64,000 bases of DNA from an uncultured Clostridia bacterium (GCA_934278995.1 CAKQWM010000003.1:62516-126515), one strand, 5' to 3'; shown: positions 1-9,251, counted from the first letter of the stretch. The notes: generated from the sequence alone by a model not told the origin. A program made the numbers and translations.

Positions 1-1506
1 CAAAAACAAGCCGAACTCGAAAAATTAAACAGGTTCAAGGAATCGTTAAATTCGGCTTGTAACGACAACGTTGATAAACTTGACGATCTCAACGACAAAT
101 TACAGGCGGAAAAACAAAATTATTCCGCGTTATCGGTTCGGCTAACGAGTTATGAAAGTTTAATAGATACAAACGAAAAAGAACTTACCGGTTATAATGC
201 CGAAGTTTCCGCGGTAACTAAAAGACTCGAACAAATTGCGACCGAGTACGTACATATCGAAGAAGGCAACAAACAACTTTCCAAAGAAAAGGAAACCGCT
301 TCTTCAGACGCTTTAAAACATCAATCGGAAAACGAACAAAGAAAGCAACGGCGCGACGAATTGGTTGAAGCGATTACTAATTCAAAAACACGCGATACCT
401 ATATCGACGCCGAAATCAAAGCCGCTAATTCGGATATCGAAAGATTAAACGAGGCGCTTTCGGACGATCTTAGCGTTATCGATCGTAATAAGTCTATGAT
501 TGAAAACGACAAAGGCATCGTCGAAGGCTTCTATGAAGAAATCAAAAAAATAACCGCCGAAGCGGAAGAAAGTTCGGGTATAAAGGAACAGCGCGACAAT
601 CTTTTAAAAGAGGAGAATCGCCGTTCCGACCTCGACACCATGATTAAGCAGGATAACTTGAAGCGTGACGTTTTAACCGCAGAAATCGCTAAAATTTCCG
701 AAAAAAAGCATCAGGAAGAAATCGAGATATCAAAAGTCGATAGCGAACTCGAATACATGCGTCTTCGCGTCGAAGAAGAATACGGCGAAACTTACGAAAC
801 CTGCGTCAGATTAAAGGACGAGAATTACGATATAACCAACTCAAACGAAGAAATAGCAACCCTCAAAAAGAATATTTCCCGCCTCGGCGGTATCAACGCA
901 AACGCAATACAGGAATACGAACAATTAAGCGCCGAATACGGTGATTTAATGACTCAGAAAGAAGATCTCGAAAAAGCCGAAGCAGATTTAAAGGAAGCGT
1001 TAAAAACGATTCGTGACGAAATGCTGAGCGAATTCAACGCGGGCTTTGAGGAGATAAGAAAACACTTCCAGCAAATATTCAAGGAATTATTCGGCGGGGG
1101 CAGAGCTGATTTATTGCTCGACTATACCGACGTTGACGATCCTTTAAACGCAGGCGTAGAAATAGTCGCCGAACCGCCGGGGAAAAAATTACAGAAAATT
1201 TCTCTGCTTTCCGGCGGCGAAATGGCGCTTACCGCCATTGCTATTTTGTTTGCAATTTTAAAACTTCGTCCGATGCCGTTCTGTGTTCTGGACGAAATCG
1301 AAGCGCCTTTGGACGATGCCAACGTTGAAAGATTTGCTAAATATCTTAAAAAGTTTTCTAACGAAACGCAGTTTATAGTTATAACCCACAAAAAGGTTAC
1401 CATGGAACTTGCCGACGCGTTGTTCGGCGTTACGATGCAGGAAAAAGGCGTATCGAAAATCGTATCGGTAAAACTGAGCGATATTAACGAAACCATGACC
1501 GACTAA
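1..1506 (+). CDS. smc: Chromosome segregation protein SMC, C-terminal portion (5' end lies outside the window)
   Basis: Frame 1 is open from base 1 with no stop. The translation is coiled-coil rich and ends with the ABC/SMC signature LSGGEMALTAIAILFAI and Walker B LDEIEAPLDD. ftsY lies immediately downstream, as in the conserved smc-ftsY arrangement. Confidence 0.9.
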   Translation, partial: QKQAELEKLNRFKESLNSACNDNVDKLDDLNDKLQAEKQNYSALSVRLTSYESLIDTNEKELTGYNAEVSAVTKRLEQIATEYVHIEEGNKQLSKEKETASSDALKHQSENEQRKQRRDELVEAITNSKTRDTYIDAEIKAANSDIERLNEALSDDLSVIDRNKSMIENDKGIVEGFYEEIKKITAEAEESSGIKEQRDNLLKEENRRSDLDTMIKQDNLKRDVLTAEIAKISEKKHQEEIEISKVDSELEYMRLRVEEEYGETYETCVRLKDENYDITNSNEEIATLKKNISRLGGINANAIQEYEQLSAEYGDLMTQKEDLEKAEADLKEALKTIRDEMLSEFNAGFEEIRKHFQQIFKELFGGGRADLLLDYTDVDDPLNAGVEIVAEPPGKKLQKISLLSGGEMALTAIAILFAILKLRPMPFCVLDEIEAPLDDANVERFAKYLKKFSNETQFIVITHKKVTMELADALFGVTMQEKGVSKIVSVKLSDINETMTD

Positions 1507-1514
1507 GGAGCATA

Positions 1515-2411
1515 ATGGGATTTTTTTCTAAATTAAAAGAATCGTTATCTAAAACAAAATCTGCGATAGCATCAAAGATTTCACAGATTTTTACGAAAGA
1601 CAGAATCGGAGATGATTTTTACGACGATCTTCTCGATATACTTATTTCTTCGGATATTTCCGTTAATACTTCGGAGCAGATCATCGATGATTTACATGAA
1701 AAAATGAAGAAAGAAAAGGTTGCCGACAAAGATACCGTTTTATCCGAACTTCGCTCGGTTATCGCCGAAACTTTGGATAAAGCCGAGAAAGTCGAAATTG
1801 ATTTTCCCGCGATTATTATGGTAATAGGCGTTAACGGCGTCGGCAAAACCACTTCTATAGGCAAACTTGCGAATATGTTCGTTAAAAACGGCAAGTCCGT
1901 TACTATCGCCGCGGCGGATACTTTCCGCGCGGCGGCAACCGAACAACTCGACGTTTGGGCGGAACGCGCAAACGTAAGAATTATTAAGCAAGGCGAAGGC
2001 AGCGATCCTTCCGCAGTGGTTTTCGACGCGGTTTCGTCCGCTAAGTCGAAAAAATCCGACGTATTGATAATCGATACCGCGGGAAGGCTTCACGTTAAAG
2101 CCAATCTTATGGAAGAACTGAAGAAGATGTCAAGAGTAGTTACCAAAGAATATCCCGAAGCAAATTTTTATAAATTCATCGTACTTGACGCAACGACCGG
2201 GCAAAATTCTTTTTCTCAGGTCGAATTGTTTAACGAGGCAGTCGGCATCGACGGTATAATACTAACGAAACTCGACGGCTCGGCTAAGGGCGGTTTTATA
2301 CTTTCCCTTGCCGATGAATTGAACGTTCCCGTTACCTACGTCGGCGTCGGCGAAAAAATCGACGATATAGTACCGTTTGATTCCGAAGAATTTGCCGAAG
2401 GTTTAGTATAA
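1515..2411 (+). CDS. ftsY: Signal recognition particle receptor FtsY
   Basis: SRP-GTPase motifs GVNGVGKTTSIGKLA, DTAGR and TKLDG are present. The 298-aa size and its position after smc fit FtsY. Confidence 0.93.
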   Translation: MGFFSKLKESLSKTKSAIASKISQIFTKDRIGDDFYDDLLDILISSDISVNTSEQIIDDLHEKMKKEKVADKDTVLSELRSVIAETLDKAEKVEIDFPAIIMVIGVNGVGKTTSIGKLANMFVKNGKSVTIAAADTFRAAATEQLDVWAERANVRIIKQGEGSDPSAVVFDAVSSAKSKKSDVLIIDTAGRLHVKANLMEELKKMSRVVTKEYPEANFYKFIVLDATTGQNSFSQVELFNEAVGIDGIILTKLDGSAKGGFILSLADELNVPVTYVGVGEKIDDIVPFDSEEFAEGLV

Positions 2412-2443
2412 ATCAAATATTTAACCCTATTCTGGATTACGTA

Positions 2444-3739
2444 ATGAGTATTTTTATTAAAAAAAGACCGTCTTGGTATCCGCTGGATAACGCGGCGAAA
2501 ATTTATCCGCCTACTGCAAACAGCAGACGCGCGCACGTTTTTTGTTTTTCAGCCCTTCTCGATAACGAAATTCAGCCCGAAATTTTACAGAAAGCCGTTA
2601 CCGAAGTTCTCAATCACTATCCGAGTTTCCGTACCTCGCTTAAAAAGGGCGCTTTTTGGTATTATCTTGAAGAAAACAAAAAAACGGTTAAAGTTTTTGA
2701 AGAACAGCCTTATTATCTCAAACAGATAAATTACAAGGATAACAACGACTTTTTATTTCAGGTATTGTACGTAAGAAATAAATTTACGATTAAATTTTTC
2801 CACGCATTGACCGACGGTACGGGCGGCTTTAATTTTTTCAAAGAAGTTCTTGTCGAATATCTCATCCTGATCGGTTGCAACATCGACCTTGAAGAAAAAG
2901 TCAAGCCCATCGACGAGCCTTCTAATTCCGAAAGTTACGACGATAGTTTCCGCTCGCGCGAATACAACAATAAAGATAAGGCGGAAAGACCGCCCAGACC
3001 GTACGCAATTAAAGGCACGCCTTTTGATTACGACGGCGCAGGAATGATTACCGCCGAAATTTCCGTCGAAGACGTAAAAAAACTTTCAAAAGAAATCGGT
3101 GTTTCGGTTACGTCATATCTTGCGGCAGTATATTCTTATTCGGTTTACGAAGCTTTTTTGAAGGATAAACCCTACGGCAACAGGCTCGTTACCGTTTTGG
3201 TTCCTTGTAATTTAAGGACGAAATACGGCGGCGATACCATGCGTAACTTCAGCATGTTTGCTCATTTTATGCATGACTACGCAAAATCCGTTTCTTCCGT
3301 CGAAGAACTTGCTTTATCTGCTCAAACGCAGATCAGCGAAGGAACGACTAAAGAAAAACTCGATAAACTGATTTACAGTAACGTTAAAACCGAGAAAAAT
3401 TTCTTTATTAAAATCACACCGCTGTTTTTAAAGGATCTTATAATGCGTCTTGCTTACGTTAAGGTTGGCGAAAATTTACAAACGGTGGATTTTTCAAACA
3501 TAGGTATGTCGAATCTTCCCGAAGCGGTTAACAAACACGTTAAAAAAATCACTTTTGCCATTGCTCCTACGTTTTCTTGCGGACATCAGACGGGCGTTAT
3601 AAGTTTTAACGGTAAAATTTACATTACTTTTTCACGCAACTATACGGAAACTTCGCTTGAAAAAGCATTCGTTCGCCATTTTGCGTCAAAAGGAATCGAC
3701 GTTACGGTCAACAGCAACTATTGGGAGAGTCGTTTATGA
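2444..3739 (+). CDS. HxxxD-motif acyltransferase of the condensation / WS-DGAT / alcohol-acetyltransferase superfamily; function unknown
   Basis: A 431-aa ORF carries the motif FHALTDGTGG (HxxxDG) about 125 aa from the N-terminus, the typical position for condensation-like acyltransferases. It has no signal peptide. Its stop overlaps the start of the next gene. Confidence 0.55.
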   Translation: MSIFIKKRPSWYPLDNAAKIYPPTANSRRAHVFCFSALLDNEIQPEILQKAVTEVLNHYPSFRTSLKKGAFWYYLEENKKTVKVFEEQPYYLKQINYKDNNDFLFQVLYVRNKFTIKFFHALTDGTGGFNFFKEVLVEYLILIGCNIDLEEKVKPIDEPSNSESYDDSFRSREYNNKDKAERPPRPYAIKGTPFDYDGAGMITAEISVEDVKKLSKEIGVSVTSYLAAVYSYSVYEAFLKDKPYGNRLVTVLVPCNLRTKYGGDTMRNFSMFAHFMHDYAKSVSSVEELALSAQTQISEGTTKEKLDKLIYSNVKTEKNFFIKITPLFLKDLIMRLAYVKVGENLQTVDFSNIGMSNLPEAVNKHVKKITFAIAPTFSCGHQTGVISFNGKIYITFSRNYTETSLEKAFVRHFASKGIDVTVNSNYWESRL

Positions 3740-4410
3740 AGTATTGCAAATATTGTAAAATCAAAGTTGATACCGCCAACGACTTTTGTCCGATTTGCTT
3801 TAACCACATCGAAGAAATCGATAACAAATACGATCAATTGTATTCTCAGAGGTTGAAAAACGAAACTTCCGATAAATTAAGATTTTTCTTATCGAAACTC
3901 TTTTTATTCCTGTCTATTTGCGCGATTACAGTTTGTTTCTTCGTAAATTATAAGGTTAACCCGCAAACTCAATGGTTCTGGATAGTTTGTTTCGGTATTT
4001 TGTACGTCTGGGTTCTGGTTGCGCATACGATAATGTCAAGACGATCGTTTTTTGCAAAAGTTATGTTGCAAGTCGTGTCGGTAATAGTATTATTGTATTT
4101 TACCGAAAAGGTTTCGCCCGATCACGACTGGCTTTTACAGTACGTTTATCCCGCTATTTCTTACGTAGTGGTTGTGGTGCTTCTGATGTTGCTCGGTATC
4201 GACAGAAACAGAGCCAACAATATATTCGGGTTCAGCGTTATAATCGCGCTACTTGGTACAGGCTCGCTCGTGATGCTTCTACTTCACGCGCTAAGTTATA
4301 CTTTATTAAACTTTATCAATTGCATTTTATGTTCGCTGACTTTGCTGGGATTGTTGATTTTCGGTTACGGCGCCATTAAGCAGGATTTATCAAAAAAATT
4401 ACATTTATAA
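3736..4410 (+). CDS. Zinc-ribbon (CxxC-N11-CxxC) integral membrane protein, translationally coupled to the upstream acyltransferase
   Basis: A GGAGAG Shine-Dalgarno precedes the ATG at 3736, and that ATG overlaps the upstream TGA as ATGA. The N-terminus reads CKYCKIKVDTANDFCPICF, and five to six hydrophobic helices follow. Confidence 0.6.
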   Translation: MKYCKYCKIKVDTANDFCPICFNHIEEIDNKYDQLYSQRLKNETSDKLRFFLSKLFLFLSICAITVCFFVNYKVNPQTQWFWIVCFGILYVWVLVAHTIMSRRSFFAKVMLQVVSVIVLLYFTEKVSPDHDWLLQYVYPAISYVVVVVLLMLLGIDRNRANNIFGFSVIIALLGTGSLVMLLLHALSYTLLNFINCILCSLTLLGLLIFGYGAIKQDLSKKLHL

Positions 4411-4432
4411 CGACGTTTTACTTTTATAACGA

Positions 4433-5494
4433 ATGAAGAATAAGGCGAAAACAAAAATAATATCGACAAAAACGTTCAAATCCGCAGTATTTTTTACAGC
4501 GGTAATTGCGTTTTGTGTTCTTTATTATTTTATTTCGCCTTATTTTATTTCCGAAAAACCTCAATTCGACGGGGCTTTTCCCATTGTAGTTTACGGCGAA
4601 GAAAAAACCGACCTCGAAGTGCATTATATAGACGTAGGACAAGCCGACTCCGTTCTGATTAAAACACCTGATTTCAGATACGTTTTAATCGACTCCGGCG
4701 ATACCGATGATTTTTACGGAGAAAAACTCGTTTCTTACCTGAAAAATATCGGCGTAAAAACAATCGATTACGCCGTCGCTACCCATTCCGACGCCGACCA
4801 TATCGGCGGCTTTAAACGCATTTGCGATAATTTTAAAGTCAAATTCTTTTTCAGACCGTACGTTAAGTCGAGTAACGTTAAATCGGATTATCTTAAAGAA
4901 AGATTCAATCCGCCTAAGGCTTATTATTGCGATACGGACGCTTACGCCGATTTTTTAATCGGTATGAAAAAAGAACGCGCAAATTGGGCTTTTACTACGA
5001 AAGATACCGATTTTATCTTCGATTACGGACAAAATAAGTTAGTTTTTGACTTTTTAACGCCTATCGACGATATTTCAAAACAAAAATATTCGGATATGAA
5101 CGAGTATTCGCCGTTATTAAAAGTCAGTTACGGAAAATTTTCGTTCATGTTTACAGCCGACGCGCCTTCAAAAACAGAAAAAACCGCTATGGATTATTAC
5201 GACGTCAGAACTATGTCGTGTAAGGTCTTAAAAATCGGTCATCACGGCTCGGATACATCTACGTCATTCAAGTTTTTAAAGGCAACAACGCCCGATTTCG
5301 CCGTTATTTCCTGTGGCGACGGTTCAATATATAATCATCCGAAACAAACGGTTCTGACAAATCTTTTGTCGCTGAATATTAAAGTTTACAGAACCGACAA
5401 ACAAGGAAATATCGTCTTTAAAGTAAATGCCGACGGCAAAACTTCGATAAAAACCGAAAAAAATTACCAAGGCTCGCTTTACACGGGTTATTGA
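4433..5494 (+). CDS. ComEC/Rec2-related metallo-beta-lactamase domain protein with an N-terminal membrane anchor
   Basis: After an N-terminal transmembrane segment come YIDVGQADSVLIKT, HSDADHIGG and KIGHHGSDTS, the motifs of the ComEC C-terminal MBL nuclease domain. Confidence 0.75.
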   Translation: MKNKAKTKIISTKTFKSAVFFTAVIAFCVLYYFISPYFISEKPQFDGAFPIVVYGEEKTDLEVHYIDVGQADSVLIKTPDFRYVLIDSGDTDDFYGEKLVSYLKNIGVKTIDYAVATHSDADHIGGFKRICDNFKVKFFFRPYVKSSNVKSDYLKERFNPPKAYYCDTDAYADFLIGMKKERANWAFTTKDTDFIFDYGQNKLVFDFLTPIDDISKQKYSDMNEYSPLLKVSYGKFSFMFTADAPSKTEKTAMDYYDVRTMSCKVLKIGHHGSDTSTSFKFLKATTPDFAVISCGDGSIYNHPKQTVLTNLLSLNIKVYRTDKQGNIVFKVNADGKTSIKTEKNYQGSLYTGY

Positions 5495-5499
5495 TTATT

Positions 5500-5525
5500 A
5501 TCCGCTTTATAAGCGGATTTTTTTG
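5500..5525 (+). terminator. Rho-independent terminator
   Basis: An 8-bp stem ATCCGCTT/AAGCGGAT with loop TAT is followed by TTTTTT, directly after the stop of the MBL gene. Confidence 0.7.
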
Positions 5526-5574
5526 TGCAAGTTTTATCCGATTACGTAATATAATAAATCGTATCGGTTAATAT

Positions 5575-6924
5575 ATGCGCATACATTTTATAGGCATAGG
5601 CGGCGCGTCCATGTCCGCGCTTGCAAAATATCTTAAGTTCAAAGGATATATCGTAACCGGGAGCGATAAATCGACCTCAACGGTTACGCGCGAATTAAAA
5701 AAATACGGTATCACCGTTTTTTCAGGTCATAAAAAAGAGAATATAATCGGCACCGACGTCGTTATATACAGTTCTGCAATTCCGGAAGATAACGAGGAAT
5801 TATATTTTGCGCGCAAAAATAAATCAGCCTGCATAAGCCGAGCCGAATTGCTTGAAATGATTTCTTCTAAATATTGTCAAAAAATCGCTGTTTCGGGAAG
5901 TCACGGTAAAACCACGGTTACTTCGCTTCTCGCGCATATTCTGAACGTTTCCGAAACCTCGTTTACCGCTCATATAGGCGGTTTTGACAACGTATTAGGA
6001 AACTTAGTCGTAAAAGGGGACTGCGTCTTTTTGAGCGAAGTTTGCGAATTTAAAAGAAATATAGATAAATTTTCACCGACTACCGCTGTTTGTCTTAATA
6101 TAGATAACGACCATTTGAATTGTTATCGTGACGTGAGCGAATTAGCGCAGACTTTTTATACTTTTCTCGATAAAGCGGAAACCAGAATCATAAACGCCGA
6201 TGACGAAAAATTGAAGTATTATGATAAATTGTCGGTTACCTTCGGTGAAAAATCCGGAGACTATACGTTTAAAAACTACTTGGTAGAAGGCGATAAGGCT
6301 TGTTTCGACGTGTTTTTACGAAACAAAAAACTTTTCGACGTTAAAACAAATTATATCGGAAAATATTACGCAATGAACGTAACCGCTGCCGCGGCGACTG
6401 CTTTTAGTCTGGGAATAACCGTCGAGGATATTGAAAAAGGCATAACCGATTTTAAAGGAGTAAAGCGCAGAAACGAAATAATTGGACAATTAAACGGTTG
6501 GAACGTAATCGGCGACTACGCGCATCATCCGAGCGAGATTAAAAACTTTATGAGCGCCTTTAAAGATAAAAAGGTGTTGTGCGTTTTTCAACCGCATACC
6601 TATTCGAGGACGAGAATCCTGTTTGACGATTTTGTCGCAGTATTGTCGGATATCCCGAATTTATTTCTTTATAAAACTTATTCTGCAAGAGAAAATTATG
6701 ACTATTACGGCTCGGCGGAAAGGCTTTCAAATGCATTATACGATGCAAAATATTACGATAATTTTCGGTTACTATATAAAAATATATCCGAATTTACTTT
6801 AAATTCAAATTCAAACGGTTTAATTTTAGTCGTTGGCGCGGGGGATTTATACGACAAATTTTACAATGAATTACATAAAGAAAAAACCCGCGAAACTTCA
6901 CGGGTTTTACAGCAAAATAGTTAA
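5575..6924 (+). CDS. murC: UDP-N-acetylmuramate--L-alanine ligase
   Basis: The N-terminus reads MRIHFIGIGGASMSALA and is followed by the Mur ligase P-loop GSHGKTT. The ORF is 449 aa. Confidence 0.9.
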   Translation: MRIHFIGIGGASMSALAKYLKFKGYIVTGSDKSTSTVTRELKKYGITVFSGHKKENIIGTDVVIYSSAIPEDNEELYFARKNKSACISRAELLEMISSKYCQKIAVSGSHGKTTVTSLLAHILNVSETSFTAHIGGFDNVLGNLVVKGDCVFLSEVCEFKRNIDKFSPTTAVCLNIDNDHLNCYRDVSELAQTFYTFLDKAETRIINADDEKLKYYDKLSVTFGEKSGDYTFKNYLVEGDKACFDVFLRNKKLFDVKTNYIGKYYAMNVTAAAATAFSLGITVEDIEKGITDFKGVKRRNEIIGQLNGWNVIGDYAHHPSEIKNFMSAFKDKKVLCVFQPHTYSRTRILFDDFVAVLSDIPNLFLYKTYSARENYDYYGSAERLSNALYDAKYYDNFRLLYKNISEFTLNSNSNGLILVVGAGDLYDKFYNELHKEKTRETSRVLQQNS

Positions 6925-6931
6925 TTATATT

Positions 6932-8773
6932 CTATTCGAAAAATCTCGGGTTTTCCAGGTTCAGATACTTAATAATGAAATACACGGGAACGTTTAAAAT
7001 AACGATCGACGGGTATAAAACGTATCTTAAAAGTTGAGCGGTATTTGAAAAATCGACTTCTGCCAAAATTGAAAATACTATGGTTATAAGCACTAAATTA
7101 AGCATTATCACTATGCACAGTTCTATAACCGACTTCATCGTAGATATCGACGCGACTTTGCGTTTAGGATCTATAAAATAGGCAATAAGCGCGGAAAGAG
7201 GGAACAATCCTACGATGCAGGCAAATACGATAAACGGCGTGTTGTCAAGTTTTGCCGCGCCTGCGGTAAAATAAGCCAAAAGCGCAACTTCAAACAGAAC
7301 GAAAGCGTAAAAAATCCAACTTGAAACGGCGATTAATTTGTTTACGAGAATCGAATTAACCTTTTTCTTGATTATACCGCTCGAAACGTTGACTTTGAAA
7401 CCTTCCATTTTCGCAAGCGATTGAATGTCCGAAAAATCGTAACCGTCGGGCCTTACGACAGTAACTTCAGGCTCGTGTTTTTGTTCGCGTCTGATATTAT
7501 CTGTTCTTTCTTCGGCTTTTTTAGCCTGATGAATCTGCGTCACGGGTTGACGATATTTGTTTTCGACTTTTACAACGTTATCGAATTCGTCCGTATTTTG
7601 TCTTTTCTCGGGTTTATCGTCGTCGTTAAAGTAACTCTTTATATCGGTGCCTTGAACGTAAACCATTTCACGGGGTTCTTCCGCAGGCTGTTTTTTATTC
7701 TGTTGATGGAAAATCTTTTGTAAAACGCTCTTATAGTCGTGCGAAACCGTTGTTTCGCCGTTGTAAAAATCGTCTTCATCCTCGATATAATCCGGCGTAA
7801 ACGTAGGCGTTTTCGCTTCTTCTTTAGAGGGAAAATCGGAAACGTTACGCTCCTTTAAGGAATCTTGAGCGTTAGTTGCAGAAGGTTCTTTTACGGGTAC
7901 CGTAACGACGTTCAAAGTAACGTCTTTTTTAACGTCCTGGTCGGAATCTTGAGCGACTTCCGCAACTTTTTCCTGAACGGGTTCGCGTTTTTGTTCTTCC
8001 TTTTTAGCGGAATCCTGAGCCTTGTCGTCGGCGTCGAAGCCAACGAGGGTGAATAAATCGTATAATTCAGGGGAGTCCGCTTGTCTCGAAATATAGTTAT
8101 CTTTCGGCTTTTCCGTCGCGGCGGGTAAATCGTCAACAATCGGCGGACGAGCGGTTTGGGCTTCCTGCGCTTCGGTTTTTGCGGTAATATCGCTGAAACT
8201 AATTATTTTAACGTTTTTATCGGTTGCCGAAACGCTTATTTCTTCAGTATGGGAAGAAGGCGAAACTTCATCGCGTAACGGCGCGTTGCTTACGTCGTCG
8301 GAAGAAATCGGCTGTTGAGGCTGCGTATCGTCGGAATTTAAAAAATCTTTCAAAGCCTTATCGATATCGAACGCTTCCTGAACGGGTTCGGGTTTTTCGT
8401 TGACTTTTTTCTTTTCTTCGGCTTTAGGTTTGGCTTTTTCGGGTGTTTCCAGCAATACGTTAACGACAGAACGAGAAATTTCCCATTTATCTTTGTTGTC
8501 GTCGATATAACTTTTTCCTTTTTCCGTAAGCTGATAAAACTTGCGTCTTACACCGTCGTCGGAACTCGTCGCTCTGTACTCGGTAACAAAACCTTGTTTG
8601 ACGATTCTTTGCAAGCAACTATAGAACGTTCCTTGTTTAAGGTCAAATTTGCCGTCGGAGCGTTCTAAGATTTCTTCACGTATTTGATTTGTATGTTTAT
8701 CTTCGTTAACAAGCGATAATAAAATTATCGTGTCAAGATGACCGCGAAAAATCTCGCTGGGAATAACATCCAT
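6932..8773 (-). CDS. PadR-family transcriptional regulator with a long charged low-complexity linker and a C-terminal four-helix transmembrane domain
   Basis: The first ~100 aa form a PadR winged helix-turn-helix (HLDTIILLSLVNEDKHTNQI ... YRATSSDDGVRRKFYQLTEKG). About 370 aa of K/E/D/P/S/T-rich sequence follow. The last ~150 aa contain four hydrophobic helices. Confidence 0.7.
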   Translation of the reverse strand: MDVIPSEIFRGHLDTIILLSLVNEDKHTNQIREEILERSDGKFDLKQGTFYSCLQRIVKQGFVTEYRATSSDDGVRRKFYQLTEKGKSYIDDNKDKWEISRSVVNVLLETPEKAKPKAEEKKKVNEKPEPVQEAFDIDKALKDFLNSDDTQPQQPISSDDVSNAPLRDEVSPSSHTEEISVSATDKNVKIISFSDITAKTEAQEAQTARPPIVDDLPAATEKPKDNYISRQADSPELYDLFTLVGFDADDKAQDSAKKEEQKREPVQEKVAEVAQDSDQDVKKDVTLNVVTVPVKEPSATNAQDSLKERNVSDFPSKEEAKTPTFTPDYIEDEDDFYNGETTVSHDYKSVLQKIFHQQNKKQPAEEPREMVYVQGTDIKSYFNDDDKPEKRQNTDEFDNVVKVENKYRQPVTQIHQAKKAEERTDNIRREQKHEPEVTVVRPDGYDFSDIQSLAKMEGFKVNVSSGIIKKKVNSILVNKLIAVSSWIFYAFVLFEVALLAYFTAGAAKLDNTPFIVFACIVGLFPLSALIAYFIDPKRKVASISTMKSVIELCIVIMLNLVLITIVFSILAEVDFSNTAQLLRYVLYPSIVILNVPVYFIIKYLNLENPRFFE

Positions 8774-8806
8774 AAAAACATCGAAATCCTTTGTATAATT
8801 AAGTAA

Positions 8807-8835
8807 ATTATAACATTATTGTATATCAATGTCAA
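8807..8835 (-). promoter_or_regulatory. Consensus sigma-A promoter for the PadR-like gene
   Basis: The minus strand reads TTGACA, a 17-nt spacer, then TATAAT. The -10 sits about 30 nt upstream of the ATG at 8773. Confidence 0.7.
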
Positions 8836-9088
8836 TATTGTTTGATTAAATTTATCGATTAATGTCGAACTTTTTTTCAAATTTGCTTCGTTACAGGGAA
8901 TTTAATCACATTTTATATGACGGTTTTTTTGTAATTCTGTAAGGATTCATTTTAAATTAAGGCAAAAAATAATATAAGATTTTTGCTTTATAACAAACCG
9001 CGCAAAATTCTTTTTATTATAATAATCTGTAAAATTTAAGTAAAAATCTGCGATTTTACGATTTATTACCTTTTTCGGGACATATTAC

Positions 9089-9126
9089 TCAACTATGCGT
9101 AAAACTTGTGTTTTACGCATAGTTGA
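9089..9126. repeat. Perfect 17-bp inverted repeat with a 4-nt spacer (TCAACTATGCGTAAAAC ttgt GTTTTACGCATAGTTGA)
   Basis: The arms are exactly complementary. The repeat lies about 20 bp upstream of the -35 of the recombinase promoter and has no U-tract on either side. Confidence 0.85.
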
Positions 9127-9144
9127 AAATCTGTCGCCTAATCG

Positions 9145-9173
9145 GTTGACTATCCGAAATTTTTCATTTATAA
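9145..9173 (+). promoter_or_regulatory. Sigma-A promoter for the recombinase gene
   Basis: TTGACT, a 17-nt spacer, then TATAAT. Confidence 0.65.
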
Positions 9174-9210
9174 TAAATAACAGAAACGTTTTTCTAAAAA
9201 AATCGTAACG

Positions 9211-9240
9211 CTTTACTATATCAACCTTTACTATATCAAC
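9211..9240. repeat. Exact tandem direct repeat 2 x 15 bp (CTTTACTATATCAAC)
   Basis: Two perfect adjacent copies lie in the transcribed leader 12 bp upstream of the recombinase ATG. No Shine-Dalgarno is obvious there. Confidence 0.85.
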
Positions 9241-9251
9241 TCGGTTATATT

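Noticed and set aside
1122-1496. 124-aa ORF antisense to smc. The same applies to many other 60-170-aa antisense or alternate-frame ORFs, for example 1619-2093, 3972-4379, 13309-14301, 24326-26970, 48632-48925 and 55723-56085.
   Set aside because: Each is embedded in a strongly supported conserved gene on the other strand or frame. Their composition is low-complexity or Arg/Ser-rich, typical of out-of-frame translation, and none has a recognisable domain or RBS.
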